From: an uncultured Clostridia bacterium
GTDB lineage: Bacteria > Bacillota > Clostridia > TANB77 > CAG-508
Length of the DNA stretch: 64,000 bases
Assembly (NCBI GenBank): GCA_947631185.1
Contig: CANRKJ010000006.1
Span: 3,198 to 67,197 of the forward strand
Reading direction: 5' to 3'
Shown here: in pieces, positions 21,502-32,202 of the stretch
Position numbering within the stretch: position 1 is the first letter of the stretch
Layout: each line of letters opens with the position of its first letter
The notes under the pieces: generated by a model
What the model saw: only the letters and a program-made list of their open reading frames with translations
The model's database searches: none
Told to the model about the DNA's origin: nothing
Translations under genes and position numbers: made by a program

Positions 21502-24255
21502 ATGACTAAGGAATATGAAAGTGAAGCAATGCTTGAAGAAAAGTTAATAAAACATTTAGAATTATTAGGATATTCAAGAATTAATTTAAATAATTTAAAT
21601 GATGTAAAAGAAAATTTTAGAAAACAAGTAAATGCTCATAATATTGAAGAACTAAAAGGAAAAGAACTATCAGATAGAGAATTTGATAGATTATATACAA
21701 TGATTACTGGGAAAGGTGTTTTTGCTAGTAGTAAAATTCTAAGAGAAAAGCAATTCTTAGAAAGAGACAACGGAGAAAAAGTATATATAGAATTATTCAA
21801 TAATCGACAATGGTGCAAAAATATATATCAAGTTTCAAATCAAATAACAAGTATTACAGGTGAAAAAGAAACAAGATATGATGTAACGTTATTTATTAAT
21901 GGATTACCTTTAATTCAAATAGAGCTAAAAGCGAGAGGAAAAACACTAAAAGAAGCAGTAAATCAAATAGAAAGATATAGAAGAACTTCGTATAAAGAGT
22001 TATATAAATTTATACAAATATATGTTGTTAGCAATGGAGTAAATACAAAATATTTTGCCAATACAGATGGAGAAATAAACTTTGGATATACATTTTTTTG
22101 GACAGATGAAGAAAATAATAGAATCAGTAATTTAAGTGAATTTTCAATGTATTTTTTAGAAAAATGTTTTGTATCTAAAATGATTGCTAGATATATGGTT
22201 ATAAATGAAACAGATAAACAGCTAATGGTAATGAGACCATATCAAGTTTATGCTGTAGAATCATTGGTTAAACAAGCTTTAGAAACTAATAATAATGGCT
22301 ATATATGGCATACAACAGGATCAGGAAAAACATTAACATCTTTTAAAGCAAGTCAAATATTAGCAAATGAACCTAATATAAAGCAAGTATTTTTCTTGGT
22401 TGATAGAAAAGACTTAGATACGCAAACATTTGATGAGTTTAATAAATTTGAACCAGGATCAGTAGATTTTACAAATAGCACATATAGACTAGTAAAAAAT
22501 ATACAAGATTCTAGTAAACCACTAATTATAACTACAATTCAAAAGATGGCTAATGCAATAAATAGTCCAAGATATGCTGAACTAATGGAAAAATATAGAA
22601 ATGAAAAGGTTGTATTTATTATAGATGAATGTCATAGAAGTCAATTTGGAGATATGCATAAAGCTATAAAAATGCATTTTAACAAAGCACAATATTTTGG
22701 TTTTACAGGTACACCAAGATTTATTGAAAATAAAAGTCAAGATGGAAGAACAACAGCAGATATATTCGAGAAATGTTTACACAAATATTTATTAAAAGAT
22801 GCAATTAATGATGGAAATGTATTAGGGTTTTCAGTAGATTATTATAAAACAATAGATGCAAATTTAGATAAGATTGATTATGTAGAAGTCGAAGGAATTA
22901 ATACAGAAGAAGCGTATATGGCGGATGAAAGAATAAATAATATAACTGAAGGAATACTTACAATGCATCCACTAAAAACAAGCGACATGACTTATACAGC
23001 AATATTTGCAACAGCAAGTATTCCACAGTTAGTAAAATATTATAATTGCTTTAAATCTAAAAAAACAGATTTAAAAATAGCAGCAATATTTACATATGGA
23101 CCAAATGAAGATTATGAAGGAAAAGATGAACTTTCATGCGAAAGCCTAGAAAGAATAATAGAGGATTATAATAAAACATTTGATACTAATTATTCAGTAA
23201 ACACATTTGACAGCTATTTTAAAGATGTGTCTAAAAGAGTAAAGAATGCAGAAATTGATATTCTAATTGTTGTAAATATGTTTTTAACTGGATTCGATAG
23301 CAAAAAATTAAATACATTATATCTTGACAAATCATTAAAATATCATGATTTAATACAAGCATTCTCAAGAACAAATAGAGTAGAAAAAGCAACTAAAACG
23401 CAAGGAAATATAGTAAGCTTTAGAACAACAAAAAAAGCAGTTGACAATGCAATAAGAATTTTTTCAGATACAAGTGATCCAGATGAAGTGTTATTGAAAC
23501 CTTATGAATATTATAAGAATAAATTCATAGAAGTTGCAAAACAACTAAAAGAAATAGTTCCAACAGTAGAATTTGTAGATACAATTCAATCAGAGGATGA
23601 AAAGAAAAAATTTATAGTTATATTTAGAGAGTTAACTAAAATATTAATTAAACTTAGAATATTTAGAGAATTTAATTTTACAGAGGAAGAAGTTGGAATA
23701 TCACATCAAGAATATTTAGACTATAAAAGCAAATATCTTGATTTAGCAACAGGAAAAGAAGCACAAAACAAAGTTAGTATATTAAATGATATAGATTTTG
23801 AATTGGAATTAATGTATACAGATAAAATAAATGTTGATTATATATTAAATTTAATGAAGTCAATAGATTTAGCAAATAAGGAACAAACTGATAAAGATAT
23901 TAAAGAAATTTTGAATAAGTTAGAAAATGCAGACAATAAAGATTTAAGATTGAAATCTGATTTAATTAGAGAGTTTTTAAATAAAATTATACCAACTCTT
24001 AATGAAAGTGATTCTGTAGAAGAAAATTACTATAATTTTATGGATGAACATAGAAAAAAAGAAATAGAAGATGTTGCAAAAAAATATGATATTGATATTG
24101 GATTATTAAACGATATTATAGGTGAATATGAATATTCTGGAATTTTAGATACAGGAAAAATAAAAGAAAAAATTGATAAGCCATTAATAGAGAAAGTCAA
24201 TATAACTAAATCAATTAAAGAATTTATAGAAAATTTAATAAATAAATTCAAATAA
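21502..24255 (+). CDS. hsdR: Type I restriction subunit R
   Basis: QIELK, HTTGSGKT, DECHRSQ, GFTGTP, QAFSRTNR. Confidence 0.95.
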   Translation: MTKEYESEAMLEEKLIKHLELLGYSRINLNNLNDVKENFRKQVNAHNIEELKGKELSDREFDRLYTMITGKGVFASSKILREKQFLERDNGEKVYIELFNNRQWCKNIYQVSNQITSITGEKETRYDVTLFINGLPLIQIELKARGKTLKEAVNQIERYRRTSYKELYKFIQIYVVSNGVNTKYFANTDGEINFGYTFFWTDEENNRISNLSEFSMYFLEKCFVSKMIARYMVINETDKQLMVMRPYQVYAVESLVKQALETNNNGYIWHTTGSGKTLTSFKASQILANEPNIKQVFFLVDRKDLDTQTFDEFNKFEPGSVDFTNSTYRLVKNIQDSSKPLIITTIQKMANAINSPRYAELMEKYRNEKVVFIIDECHRSQFGDMHKAIKMHFNKAQYFGFTGTPRFIENKSQDGRTTADIFEKCLHKYLLKDAINDGNVLGFSVDYYKTIDANLDKIDYVEVEGINTEEAYMADERINNITEGILTMHPLKTSDMTYTAIFATASIPQLVKYYNCFKSKKTDLKIAAIFTYGPNEDYEGKDELSCESLERIIEDYNKTFDTNYSVNTFDSYFKDVSKRVKNAEIDILIVVNMFLTGFDSKKLNTLYLDKSLKYHDLIQAFSRTNRVEKATKTQGNIVSFRTTKKAVDNAIRIFSDTSDPDEVLLKPYEYYKNKFIEVAKQLKEIVPTVEFVDTIQSEDEKKKFIVIFRELTKILIKLRIFREFNFTEEEVGISHQEYLDYKSKYLDLATGKEAQNKVSILNDIDFELELMYTDKINVDYILNLMKSIDLANKEQTDKDIKEILNKLENADNKDLRLKSDLIREFLNKIIPTLNESDSVEENYYNFMDEHRKKEIEDVAKKYDIDIGLLNDIIGEYEYSGILDTGKIKEKIDKPLIEKVNITKSIKEFIENLINKFK

Positions 24256-24269
24256 AAGGAGAAGGAAAA

Positions 24270-25844
24270 ATGAATGTAGCAGAAAAACAAAATAAACAGC
24301 AATCAGAGTTACACTCAAAATTATGGAGTATGGCAAATGATTTAAGAGGAACAATGGATGCTTCTGAATTTAAAAATTATATATTAGGATTAATATTTTA
24401 CAGATTTCTATCTGAAAGATTGGTAAATTATATAGAAGAAAAACTACTAAATCAAGATAAGCTAACATATGAAGAAGCATGGAAAAAAGATGAATATAGA
24501 GAAGCAATTATTGAGGATTTAACTAAGGATAGTGATGTTGGCTATGTAATAGAACCAGATTATTTATTTTCGAATTTGATAAAAAAGATAGAAACAGGAA
24601 ATTTTGATGTATCCATATTAAATAAGGCAATTAGCAAAGTTTCTGAATCGACATTTGGGAATGCAAGTCAACATGACTTCGAAAATTTATTTGAAGATAT
24701 GGATTTAAATTCATCTAAATTAGGTAGGGGAGAAAAAGAAAGAAGTAAATTAATAGGTACAATAATGCAAAAAATTAATGACATAGATTTTGCATTTGAA
24801 GATACAGAAATAGATGTATTAGGAGATGCATATGAATATCTTATAGGACAGTTTGCAGCAAGTGCTGGTAAAAAAGCTGGAGAATATTATACTCCACAAC
24901 AAGTTTCTAACATACTTGCAAAAATAGTAACAATGGAAATAAAAGACTTAAAAAATGTATATGATCCAACCTGTGGCTCAGGTTCATTGCTATTAAGAGT
25001 TGCTAGACAAAAAAATGTAAAAGTAAGTGCTTTTTATGGACAAGAAAAAGTTAGTACAACATACAATTTAGCTAGAATGAATATGTTACTACATAGAGTA
25101 CCATTTAATAGATTTGATATATATAACGGAGATACTTTGGAAAATCCATATGAAGAACACATGCAAATGAGATTTCAAGCGATAGTTGCAAATCCACCAT
25201 ATTCAGCTCAATGGTCAGCTGATGAAAAATTTATGAATGATGAAAGATTTAGTGCATATGGAAAATTAGCGCCAAAATCAAAAGCTGACTATGCTTTTAT
25301 TCAACATATGATTTATTTACTAGATGATAATGGTACTATGGCAGTAGTATTACCTCACGGAGTATTGTTTAGAGGGGCTGCTGAAGGTATTATTAGAAGA
25401 TATTTGATAGAAGAGAAAAATTACTTAGATGCTGTAATAGGATTACCAGCAAATATATTTTATGGGACTTCTATTCCAACATGTATATTAGTATTTAAAA
25501 AGTGTAGGACAAACGATAATATATTATTTATAGATGCATCAAAAGATTTTGAACCTGGAAAAAATCAAAATAGATTAAGAGATGAAGATGTTGATAAAAT
25601 TATAAATGCATATAAAAATAGAAAAGAGATAGAAAAATATTCTCATTTGGCTACTATGGATGAGATAAAGGAAAACAATTATAATTTAAACATTCCAAGA
25701 TATGTAGATACTTTTGAGGAGGAAGAAGAAATAGACTTAGATGCAGTTCAAGAGGAATTAGAAAAAATAGATGAAGAAGATAAAAAAGTAACAGAAGAAC
25801 TTAATAAGTATTTAAAAGAATTAGGATTGAAAGAATTAAAATAA
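24270..25844 (+). CDS. hsdM: Type I methyltransferase M
   Basis: YDPTCGSGSLL, NPPY. Confidence 0.95.
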   Translation: MNVAEKQNKQQSELHSKLWSMANDLRGTMDASEFKNYILGLIFYRFLSERLVNYIEEKLLNQDKLTYEEAWKKDEYREAIIEDLTKDSDVGYVIEPDYLFSNLIKKIETGNFDVSILNKAISKVSESTFGNASQHDFENLFEDMDLNSSKLGRGEKERSKLIGTIMQKINDIDFAFEDTEIDVLGDAYEYLIGQFAASAGKKAGEYYTPQQVSNILAKIVTMEIKDLKNVYDPTCGSGSLLLRVARQKNVKVSAFYGQEKVSTTYNLARMNMLLHRVPFNRFDIYNGDTLENPYEEHMQMRFQAIVANPPYSAQWSADEKFMNDERFSAYGKLAPKSKADYAFIQHMIYLLDDNGTMAVVLPHGVLFRGAAEGIIRRYLIEEKNYLDAVIGLPANIFYGTSIPTCILVFKKCRTNDNILFIDASKDFEPGKNQNRLRDEDVDKIINAYKNRKEIEKYSHLATMDEIKENNYNLNIPRYVDTFEEEEEIDLDAVQEELEKIDEEDKKVTEELNKYLKELGLKELK

Positions 25845-25847
25845 TAG

Positions 25848-25880
25848 TAAAAGGATTACATTTAAAAGTGTAATCCTTTT
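25848..25880. terminator. Bidirectional terminator between hsdM and convergent hsdS
   Basis: aaaaggattaca-loop-tgtaatcctttt. Confidence 0.75.
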
Positions 25881-27043
25881 TAGATAAACATTTGTTGAAG
25901 TAGAGATTTTTTAAAAAGTTCTAAGTGTTTATATCTCAAATTTTCAATATTAATTTTTGATTCAATAAGATTCAAAATACGAACAATATAATTTTGTTCT
26001 TCAATGTTTGGTAACTTAATTTCAAAATTTAGAAACTCTGTTTCAGATAACTCTTTTTGACCAGTCCCATTAGCTAAAAAGGCTCTTTTCCTTATATAAT
26101 TAGACTGAGATATATAATAATAAATATATTTTGGATTATCTTTTTTCGCAGAAAAACTCATGATTGCATTGGAACAAATACAACCGTCGAAGTCTTTTGT
26201 AATAATTGCAATACTACCATTAAAATAATTTTGTTTTCCTATTATAATTTCATTTAGATTCCTAATATAAAAAGGACGAGTATCTGCCATTTCTCTTGAT
26301 GAAGTAATCTTTGATAATCCATTTAAATTTAATTTTATATTTATTTTTTGAAATTTAGAAGTATCTGATACTTTTTCTTTTGAGCCAGGTAATAAAATTT
26401 TATTCAATTGTGTGTTATTCCAATTCATTGAATCTCTGGAATTTAGTAATCTATCAATTAATCCTTTTTTATATATCTTAAGGGCTTCAATTTTCTTTTG
26501 CTGTAGTTCTATTTTTTTGTCTAATAGACTGAATAAGTTAGCTATTTTCTTTTGTTCATCAATATGTGTTATTGAAAATTCGTAATTTCCATACTCAATA
26601 GAATTGATACCAGGTTGACCGGATCTTATAGACATTATTTTTACCCAATTATTATATTTATTTAATTTAGTTTGCTCAAAAATAAATCTTGAATTATATT
26701 CCTTTTTTATATTAGCTCTAATTAGGAAACCTGCAAAGTATAATCTTCCATCAGATTTATTATATAAATAAGATTTTCCAGTACTAGCACCAGTTCTAGC
26801 AAATAATATATCATTTTCTTTTACTAAGAATTTATCATCTAAATGCCCTAATGGTGAAACAAGGGTACCACTATATAAAGATGTTTCTTCATCTATATCT
26901 GTTATTCGTATATATTTATTTGTTCCATCAAATTCAGTTGCGGCAGAATTCATTCCATATGATATATCAGTAGAAATATTTTTTAGTGTTATTTTTTTCC
27001 ACTCATCTTTAAATTCTTTAAATCTTAACTTAGGTACTAACAA
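25880..27043 (-). CDS. hsdS: Type I specificity subunit S (copy 1)
   Basis: VPKLRFKEF, two TRDs, KKSLLQQMFI. Confidence 0.9.
   Translation of the reverse strand: MLVPKLRFKEFKDEWKKITLKNISTDISYGMNSAATEFDGTNKYIRITDIDEETSLYSGTLVSPLGHLDDKFLVKENDILFARTGASTGKSYLYNKSDGRLYFAGFLIRANIKKEYNSRFIFEQTKLNKYNNWVKIMSIRSGQPGINSIEYGNYEFSITHIDEQKKIANLFSLLDKKIELQQKKIEALKIYKKGLIDRLLNSRDSMNWNNTQLNKILLPGSKEKVSDTSKFQKINIKLNLNGLSKITSSREMADTRPFYIRNLNEIIIGKQNYFNGSIAIITKDFDGCICSNAIMSFSAKKDNPKYIYYYISQSNYIRKRAFLANGTGQKELSETEFLNFEIKLPNIEEQNYIVRILNLIESKINIENLRYKHLELFKKSLLQQMFI
26467..26494. repeat. 28-bp inverted repeat (partner 28755-28782) in the hsdS central regions
   Basis: aaaattgaagcccttaagatatataaaa, perfect match. 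Confidence 0.85.
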
Positions 27044-27081
27044 ACTTTCACCTTCAATCTGTCCTTAATATTTAACCTTAA
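27030..27081. repeat. 52-bp perfect inverted repeat (partner 28153-28204) covering both hsdS starts
   Basis: ttaaggttaaatattaaggacagattgaaggtgaaagtttgttagtacctaa. Confidence 0.9.
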
Positions 27082-27106
27082 TATACTTAATACAAGACAT
27101 TGTATA

Positions 27107-28099
27107 ATGTATATGGAGGTGAAAAATATGCTATTTAAAGCAAAAAATAAACTATTATATAAAGATTGGATTTGGGATTGGTTGTCGTATAAAAAAGACT
27201 ATATTAAAGAATCTACATATGCTAATTATTCTAATATTATCTCTAACCATATAGCACCAGACTTAGGAAAGTATTATTTAAAAGATTTAAATAATAAAAT
27301 AATTCAAGAATTTTTACTTAAAAAATATAAAATAGGAAGATTAGATAATTTAGGCGGATTATCTAGCAAAACCATTAGAGATATTGTTGCAATAATAAAG
27401 AGTAGTCTCAAATTCGCAATGAAAGAAGATTTAATATCTAGTTTCAATCTTGACTTTATTTATCCTAAAATTAGCTCAAAGGATAAAATATATACAATTT
27501 CTAAGCAAGATCAAGATAAACTAATTGACTACATTTTAAAAAATCAATCTAGTAAAAACTTTGGAATATTATTAACATTGTATTCTGGAATTAGGATAGG
27601 TGAACTATGTGCTCTTAAATGGAAAGATATTGATTTTAAAAATAATATCTTAAATATAAATAAAACACTTCAAAGAGTTTATATTAAAGATAAGCAAATT
27701 AATAAATCCAAACTTATAATAACAAATCCTAAAACTCATAATGCTGAAAGGGAAATTCCTTTGAATAAAGACTTTGCGAAAGAATTAAAAAAATTTAAAA
27801 CAGATAATGAAGATTATATATTATCTGGTTCTAGAAAATGGATAGAGCCTAGGACATATCGAAGATTTTTTGCAAGGACTTTAGAAAAAGTAAAAATTGA
27901 TAAAATAAATTTTCATGGTTTAAGACATACATTTGCAACAAATTGTATAAAATTGGGAGTAGATTACAAAACTGTTAGTGAATTACTTGGGCATGCAACT
28001 GTAAATATTACTTTAAATTTATATGTTCATCCACAAATGTCACAAAAGAAAAAATGCATTGATTTAATTTGTAAAAAATTTTCTGAAAACTGTCCTTAA
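27107..28099 (+). CDS. Tyrosine recombinase (probable hsdS invertase)
   Basis: SGIRIGE, FHGLRHTFAT, LGH, Y; lies between inverted hsdS copies. Confidence 0.9.
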   Translation: MYMEVKNMLFKAKNKLLYKDWIWDWLSYKKDYIKESTYANYSNIISNHIAPDLGKYYLKDLNNKIIQEFLLKKYKIGRLDNLGGLSSKTIRDIVAIIKSSLKFAMKEDLISSFNLDFIYPKISSKDKIYTISKQDQDKLIDYILKNQSSKNFGILLTLYSGIRIGELCALKWKDIDFKNNILNINKTLQRVYIKDKQINKSKLIITNPKTHNAEREIPLNKDFAKELKKFKTDNEDYILSGSRKWIEPRTYRRFFARTLEKVKIDKINFHGLRHTFATNCIKLGVDYKTVSELLGHATVNITLNLYVHPQMSQKKKCIDLICKKFSENCP

Positions 28100-28103
28100 T
28101 ATA

Positions 28104-28132
28104 TTCACTATTTTATATTTTTATGATATAGT
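28104..28132 (+). promoter_or_regulatory. Promoter for hsdS copy 2, inside the invertible segment
   Basis: TTCACT-17-TATAGT with extended TGn. Confidence 0.55.
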
Positions 28133-28190
28133 ATATTTGAATTTTATAACCTTTAAGGTTAAATATTAAGGACAGATTGAAGGTGAAAGT

Positions 28191-29369
28191 TTGTTAGTAC
28201 CTAAATTGAGGTTTAAAGAGTTTAACAATGAATGGAAAACAATTAATCTAAAACAAATATTATCATTTAAGAATGGTATTAATGCAAATAAAGATTCTTA
28301 TGGTCGAGGTATAAAATATATAAGTGTTGGGGATATATTGAACAATACTTTTATAACTTATGATAAAATTAAAGGTTTAGTAGATATAAATGAAAATGTA
28401 TTAAAAGAAAATAGTGTAGAATATGGAGATATTATCTTTCAGCGTAGTTCAGAAACTTTTACTGATATTGGTCAGTCAAATGTTTATTTAGATAAAGAAA
28501 ATATAGCAACCTTTGGAGGATTTGTTATAAGAGGAAAAAAAATTGGAAATTATAATCCATTATTCTTAAATTATCTTTTAAAATCTCCATATAATAGGAA
28601 AAAAATAATTGTAAAAGGTGCAGGTGCTCAGCATTATAATATTTCTCAAGAAGAGTTAGAAAAAATAAATGTTAATTTTACTAATAAAAATGAACAAGAA
28701 AAAATAGCTATCTTATTTAGTCTATTAGATAAGAAAATAGAACTACAAAAACGAAAAATTGAAGCCCTTAAGATATATAAAACAGGACTAATCCAAAGAA
28801 TATATAACAAAAAATATAATAACAACATCAAAATAGGGAATATAATTACACAAAAATCGATAAGAAACTCAAAAAATGAAGTTAAAGATATATATAGTGT
28901 AAGCAATAAAGATGGATTTATATTGCAAACAGAACAATTTCAAGATAGGATTGTTGCAAGCGATGATACAACAAATTATAAAATTGTTGAGAATAATGAT
29001 TTTGCATATAATCCTGCACGTATTAATGTTGGATCTATTGCTAGAATGAATAAAGAAGAAAAAGGAATAATTAGCCCAATGTATATATGTTTTAGGTGTA
29101 ATACAAATATAGTACCTCAATATTTAGAATATTTTTTTGAATCATCTAGGTTTATATATGAAATGAATAAAAGGTTAGAAGGAAGTGTGAGAATGTGTTT
29201 GTCATATGAATCAATGACTAATATTCCCATAGAAATGCCTAATAAAGAAATACAAGAAAAATTATCTAGTCTTATTAATATTCTAGATAATAAAGTAAAA
29301 AGCGAAGAAAAGCAAAGATTAGAGTTAAATAAATTAAAAAAAGGATTATTACAAGAAATGTTTATATAG
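28191..29369 (+). CDS. hsdS: Type I specificity subunit S (copy 2)
   Basis: VPKLRFKEF, two different TRDs, KKGLLQEMFI. Confidence 0.9.
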   Translation: MLVPKLRFKEFNNEWKTINLKQILSFKNGINANKDSYGRGIKYISVGDILNNTFITYDKIKGLVDINENVLKENSVEYGDIIFQRSSETFTDIGQSNVYLDKENIATFGGFVIRGKKIGNYNPLFLNYLLKSPYNRKKIIVKGAGAQHYNISQEELEKINVNFTNKNEQEKIAILFSLLDKKIELQKRKIEALKIYKTGLIQRIYNKKYNNNIKIGNIITQKSIRNSKNEVKDIYSVSNKDGFILQTEQFQDRIVASDDTTNYKIVENNDFAYNPARINVGSIARMNKEEKGIISPMYICFRCNTNIVPQYLEYFFESSRFIYEMNKRLEGSVRMCLSYESMTNIPIEMPNKEIQEKLSSLINILDNKVKSEEKQRLELNKLKKGLLQEMFI

Positions 29370-29438
29370 AGTAGCTTTTGGCTGCTCTATATTGCTATAT
29401 TTGAAAAAGTAGTGTAAAATGACGATAAGAGGTAAAAG

Positions 29439-29807
29439 ATGTATAGTTATAAAGTAAGAGAATATTTTGAAAATCCAATTAATATGGGAATAATGAAGAA
29501 TGCAAATGGAATAGGAATAATAGAAAATGAAATATGTAGTGATGTAATAAAAATTTATATAAAAGTTAATTCTAATAATGTAATAGAAGATATAAAATTT
29601 GAAGCAAAAGGATGTCCACCAGTAATTGCATCTTGTTGTGAATTAACGAGCTTAGTTAAATGTATGAAAATTGAAGAAGCACTAAAAATTAATGAAAAAA
29701 TAATTATTGAAAATTTAGGAGGATTACCTAAAGAAAAAGAATATTGTGCAGAATTAGTAGTAAAAACTTTAAAAAAAGCTATATTAAATCTTAAGAAAAG
29801 TTTATGA
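29439..29807 (+). CDS. IscU/NifU-like Fe-S scaffold protein
   Basis: YFENPINMG, CSD, GC, third Cys in EYCAEL. Confidence 0.8.
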   Translation: MYSYKVREYFENPINMGIMKNANGIGIIENEICSDVIKIYIKVNSNNVIEDIKFEAKGCPPVIASCCELTSLVKCMKIEEALKINEKIIIENLGGLPKEKEYCAELVVKTLKKAILNLKKSL

Positions 29808-29928
29808 GATTTTGATATAAATAATAAATATCTATAATAGAAATATTTTAATAATATAAAAATAAAAACTTTCTTTTTTGGAAATAATATGATATAATAA
29901 TAGTATACCAAAAAGGAGAGTTTTTATT

Positions 29929-30855
29929 ATGTTAGGAGAAAAAATAAAATTATATAGAGAAAAGAAAAATATGACTCAAAACGAAATTGCAGAGATTTTA
30001 GGTGTTAAAGCTACTACGGTATCTAAATATGAAGCTGGGACATTGGAACCCAATATTGAATCAATAAAAAAATTGTCAGAAATTTTTGGAATAACTATAG
30101 ATGAATTATTAAAAGATGAAGGTGATTTTGATATTTCAAAAATAAATATACTAGAAATCTTAAGAGAACAAAAAAATATGAAATTAAAAGGTAATCTATA
30201 TCATAATACTCAAATTATTTTTGCATATAATACAAACCATATAGAAGGCAATAAATTGACAGAAGACCAAACGAGATATATTTTTGAAACAAATTCAATT
30301 TTGTTTGAGGGTGAAACAGTAGCTAGTGTAGATGATATATTAGAAACAGCTAATCATTTTAAATTAGTTGATTATATGCTTGATATAGCAGATAAAGATT
30401 TAACAGAAGATATAATAAAAGAATTTCATAAAATTTTAAAAGAAGGAACTATGGATAGTAGAAAAGAATGGTTTATGGTAGGAGAGTATAAAAAAATAGT
30501 CAATGAAGCTGGAAATATAAAAACATCAACACCGAGTCAAACACCAAAAGATATGGTTAAATTAATGGAGTGGTATAATTCATTAAAACAAATAACAATA
30601 AAAGAAATAATAGAATTTCATTTTAGATTCGAGAGAATACATCCATTTCAAGATGGAAATGGTAGAGTTGGAAGAATAATTATGTTTAAGGAATGTCTAA
30701 AAAATAATATAATTCCTTTTATTATTTTAGATAAAGATAAATTATTTTATTATAGGGGCTTAAAAGAATACAAAAATGAAAAAGGATATTTGATTGATAC
30801 TTGCTTAAATGCACAGGATCAGTATATTAAGATGATAGAATATTATTTGAAGTAA
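29929..30855 (+). CDS. XRE-HTH plus Fic-domain protein
   Basis: N-terminal HTH_3; TNHIEGN inhibitory motif; HPFQDGNGRVGR. Confidence 0.9.
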   Translation: MLGEKIKLYREKKNMTQNEIAEILGVKATTVSKYEAGTLEPNIESIKKLSEIFGITIDELLKDEGDFDISKINILEILREQKNMKLKGNLYHNTQIIFAYNTNHIEGNKLTEDQTRYIFETNSILFEGETVASVDDILETANHFKLVDYMLDIADKDLTEDIIKEFHKILKEGTMDSRKEWFMVGEYKKIVNEAGNIKTSTPSQTPKDMVKLMEWYNSLKQITIKEIIEFHFRFERIHPFQDGNGRVGRIIMFKECLKNNIIPFIILDKDKLFYYRGLKEYKNEKGYLIDTCLNAQDQYIKMIEYYLK

Positions 30856-30870
30856 AAGGAGTGAAATGAT

Positions 30871-31653
30871 ATGTCAGACTTAAAACCAGCAGATATACAA
30901 GAAATAATGAGATATATAAGAAGAAAAACTAAAAAAGGGGCAGGGTATGTATGGGACTTTAATGATATAACATATAAAGAGTTTATAAATGGAGCAACAG
31001 GATGTAATATTGATGAAGAAAAATACAAAACTAATGGAACTTCAAAAGAAAAGAGACTTAGACAATTTTTTATAATTGAAGATAATGCACGAGTTATTTT
31101 ATTATTGATGGAGATGGTAGACTATGGAACGAGAAGAAACTTTTTACTAAAAACGCATATAAAAAATATGAATAAAATAATCAAAGAACTGAAAAATCAT
31201 GAAAAAACAATAGAAATAAACAATAGTACAATAAAAAATAAAAAAGAAGAAGAAATACTTTTAAAAGAAATAAAAGATAAAATTTCAAAAGGTCAATATG
31301 TATTTGTTATAGATAGATTACATACATTACTAAAATATAAATATGAAGCAATTTTTAAATCTATAAATAGAGAAATAAAAGGAGAAACACTTGATGCAAT
31401 ATCAGGGGAATTAAACAATATTTTAAGGACTAATGATGTATTCAAGGAAAAGACAACATTTAGTATATTGTCAGCAACAAAAAAGATAATGAAGGATTTT
31501 GATGATGCTAGAAATAACAAAACATATGCACATGCAAATACTATCATGGAAAAAAATGAGGCAGAATTTTTGTGCACTTATTTAGTTTATTATTATAATT
31601 TTATAAGTAAAATTGATTTTAAAAAGATAAAGATAGAAAAAGGCGAGAATTAG
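30871..31653 (+). CDS. Abortive infection family protein (AbiJ-NTD plus Abi_C HEPN-like)
   Basis: GYVWDF..GTSKEKRLR N-terminus; DRLHT; RNNKTYAH. Confidence 0.75.
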   Translation: MSDLKPADIQEIMRYIRRKTKKGAGYVWDFNDITYKEFINGATGCNIDEEKYKTNGTSKEKRLRQFFIIEDNARVILLLMEMVDYGTRRNFLLKTHIKNMNKIIKELKNHEKTIEINNSTIKNKKEEEILLKEIKDKISKGQYVFVIDRLHTLLKYKYEAIFKSINREIKGETLDAISGELNNILRTNDVFKEKTTFSILSATKKIMKDFDDARNNKTYAHANTIMEKNEAEFLCTYLVYYYNFISKIDFKKIKIEKGEN

Positions 31654-31667
31654 CTCGCCTTTAAAAT

Positions 31668-31961
31668 TTATTCTTTAAAACATCCACCAATCAACTGTAC
31701 TCCATCACAAAACCCATTCCTATAATACTTTTCATTCCAATAAGAAACATAATCCATAAAATTCTCATCAAGCTGTTCCAATTGCTTCTTAACGTACTTT
31801 TTATTCTGTTCAGGGACATTCTTCAAAATTCTCTCAGAAATTTCATCAAAATAAATCCAATGCTTTTTATCTTCTGCACAGGTTAAAGCACCAATTTCAT
31901 CCTCTCTAAAATCTAACCAATCTTTCAAAATATCATCATTAACTTCTCTTAAATTACTCAT
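31668..31961 (-). CDS. Small hypothetical protein (DUF6809-like), paralog of 9254..9547
   Basis: Similarity to the element A terminal gene; GGAGG RBS. Confidence 0.75.
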   Translation of the reverse strand: MSNLREVNDDILKDWLDFREDEIGALTCAEDKKHWIYFDEISERILKNVPEQNKKYVKKQLEQLDENFMDYVSYWNEKYYRNGFCDGVQLIGGCFKE

Positions 31962-32185
31962 AAAATAACCTCCATAAAATTAAAATTTTGTTAAATAAAA
32001 ATTTGCTACAAGAGTTACAAATCCACGAACATCCGTGTACTATCACTTGGGAAAAAGTTGGGAAAAAACTTCTCAAAAAATGCCCTAAAAATGCACAAAT
32101 GTTCTATAACTAAAAACTCTTGTAAGTATTAAAATACCAACAAAAACTCTAATTTTCACAAAGTTACAAAAATGCCTCAATCCTC

Positions 32186-32202
32186 GCTCATAACCCGAAG
32201 GT
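32186..32202 (+). other. attR core (tRNA-fMet anticodon fragment)
   Basis: GCTCATAACCCGAAGGT. Confidence 0.85.
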
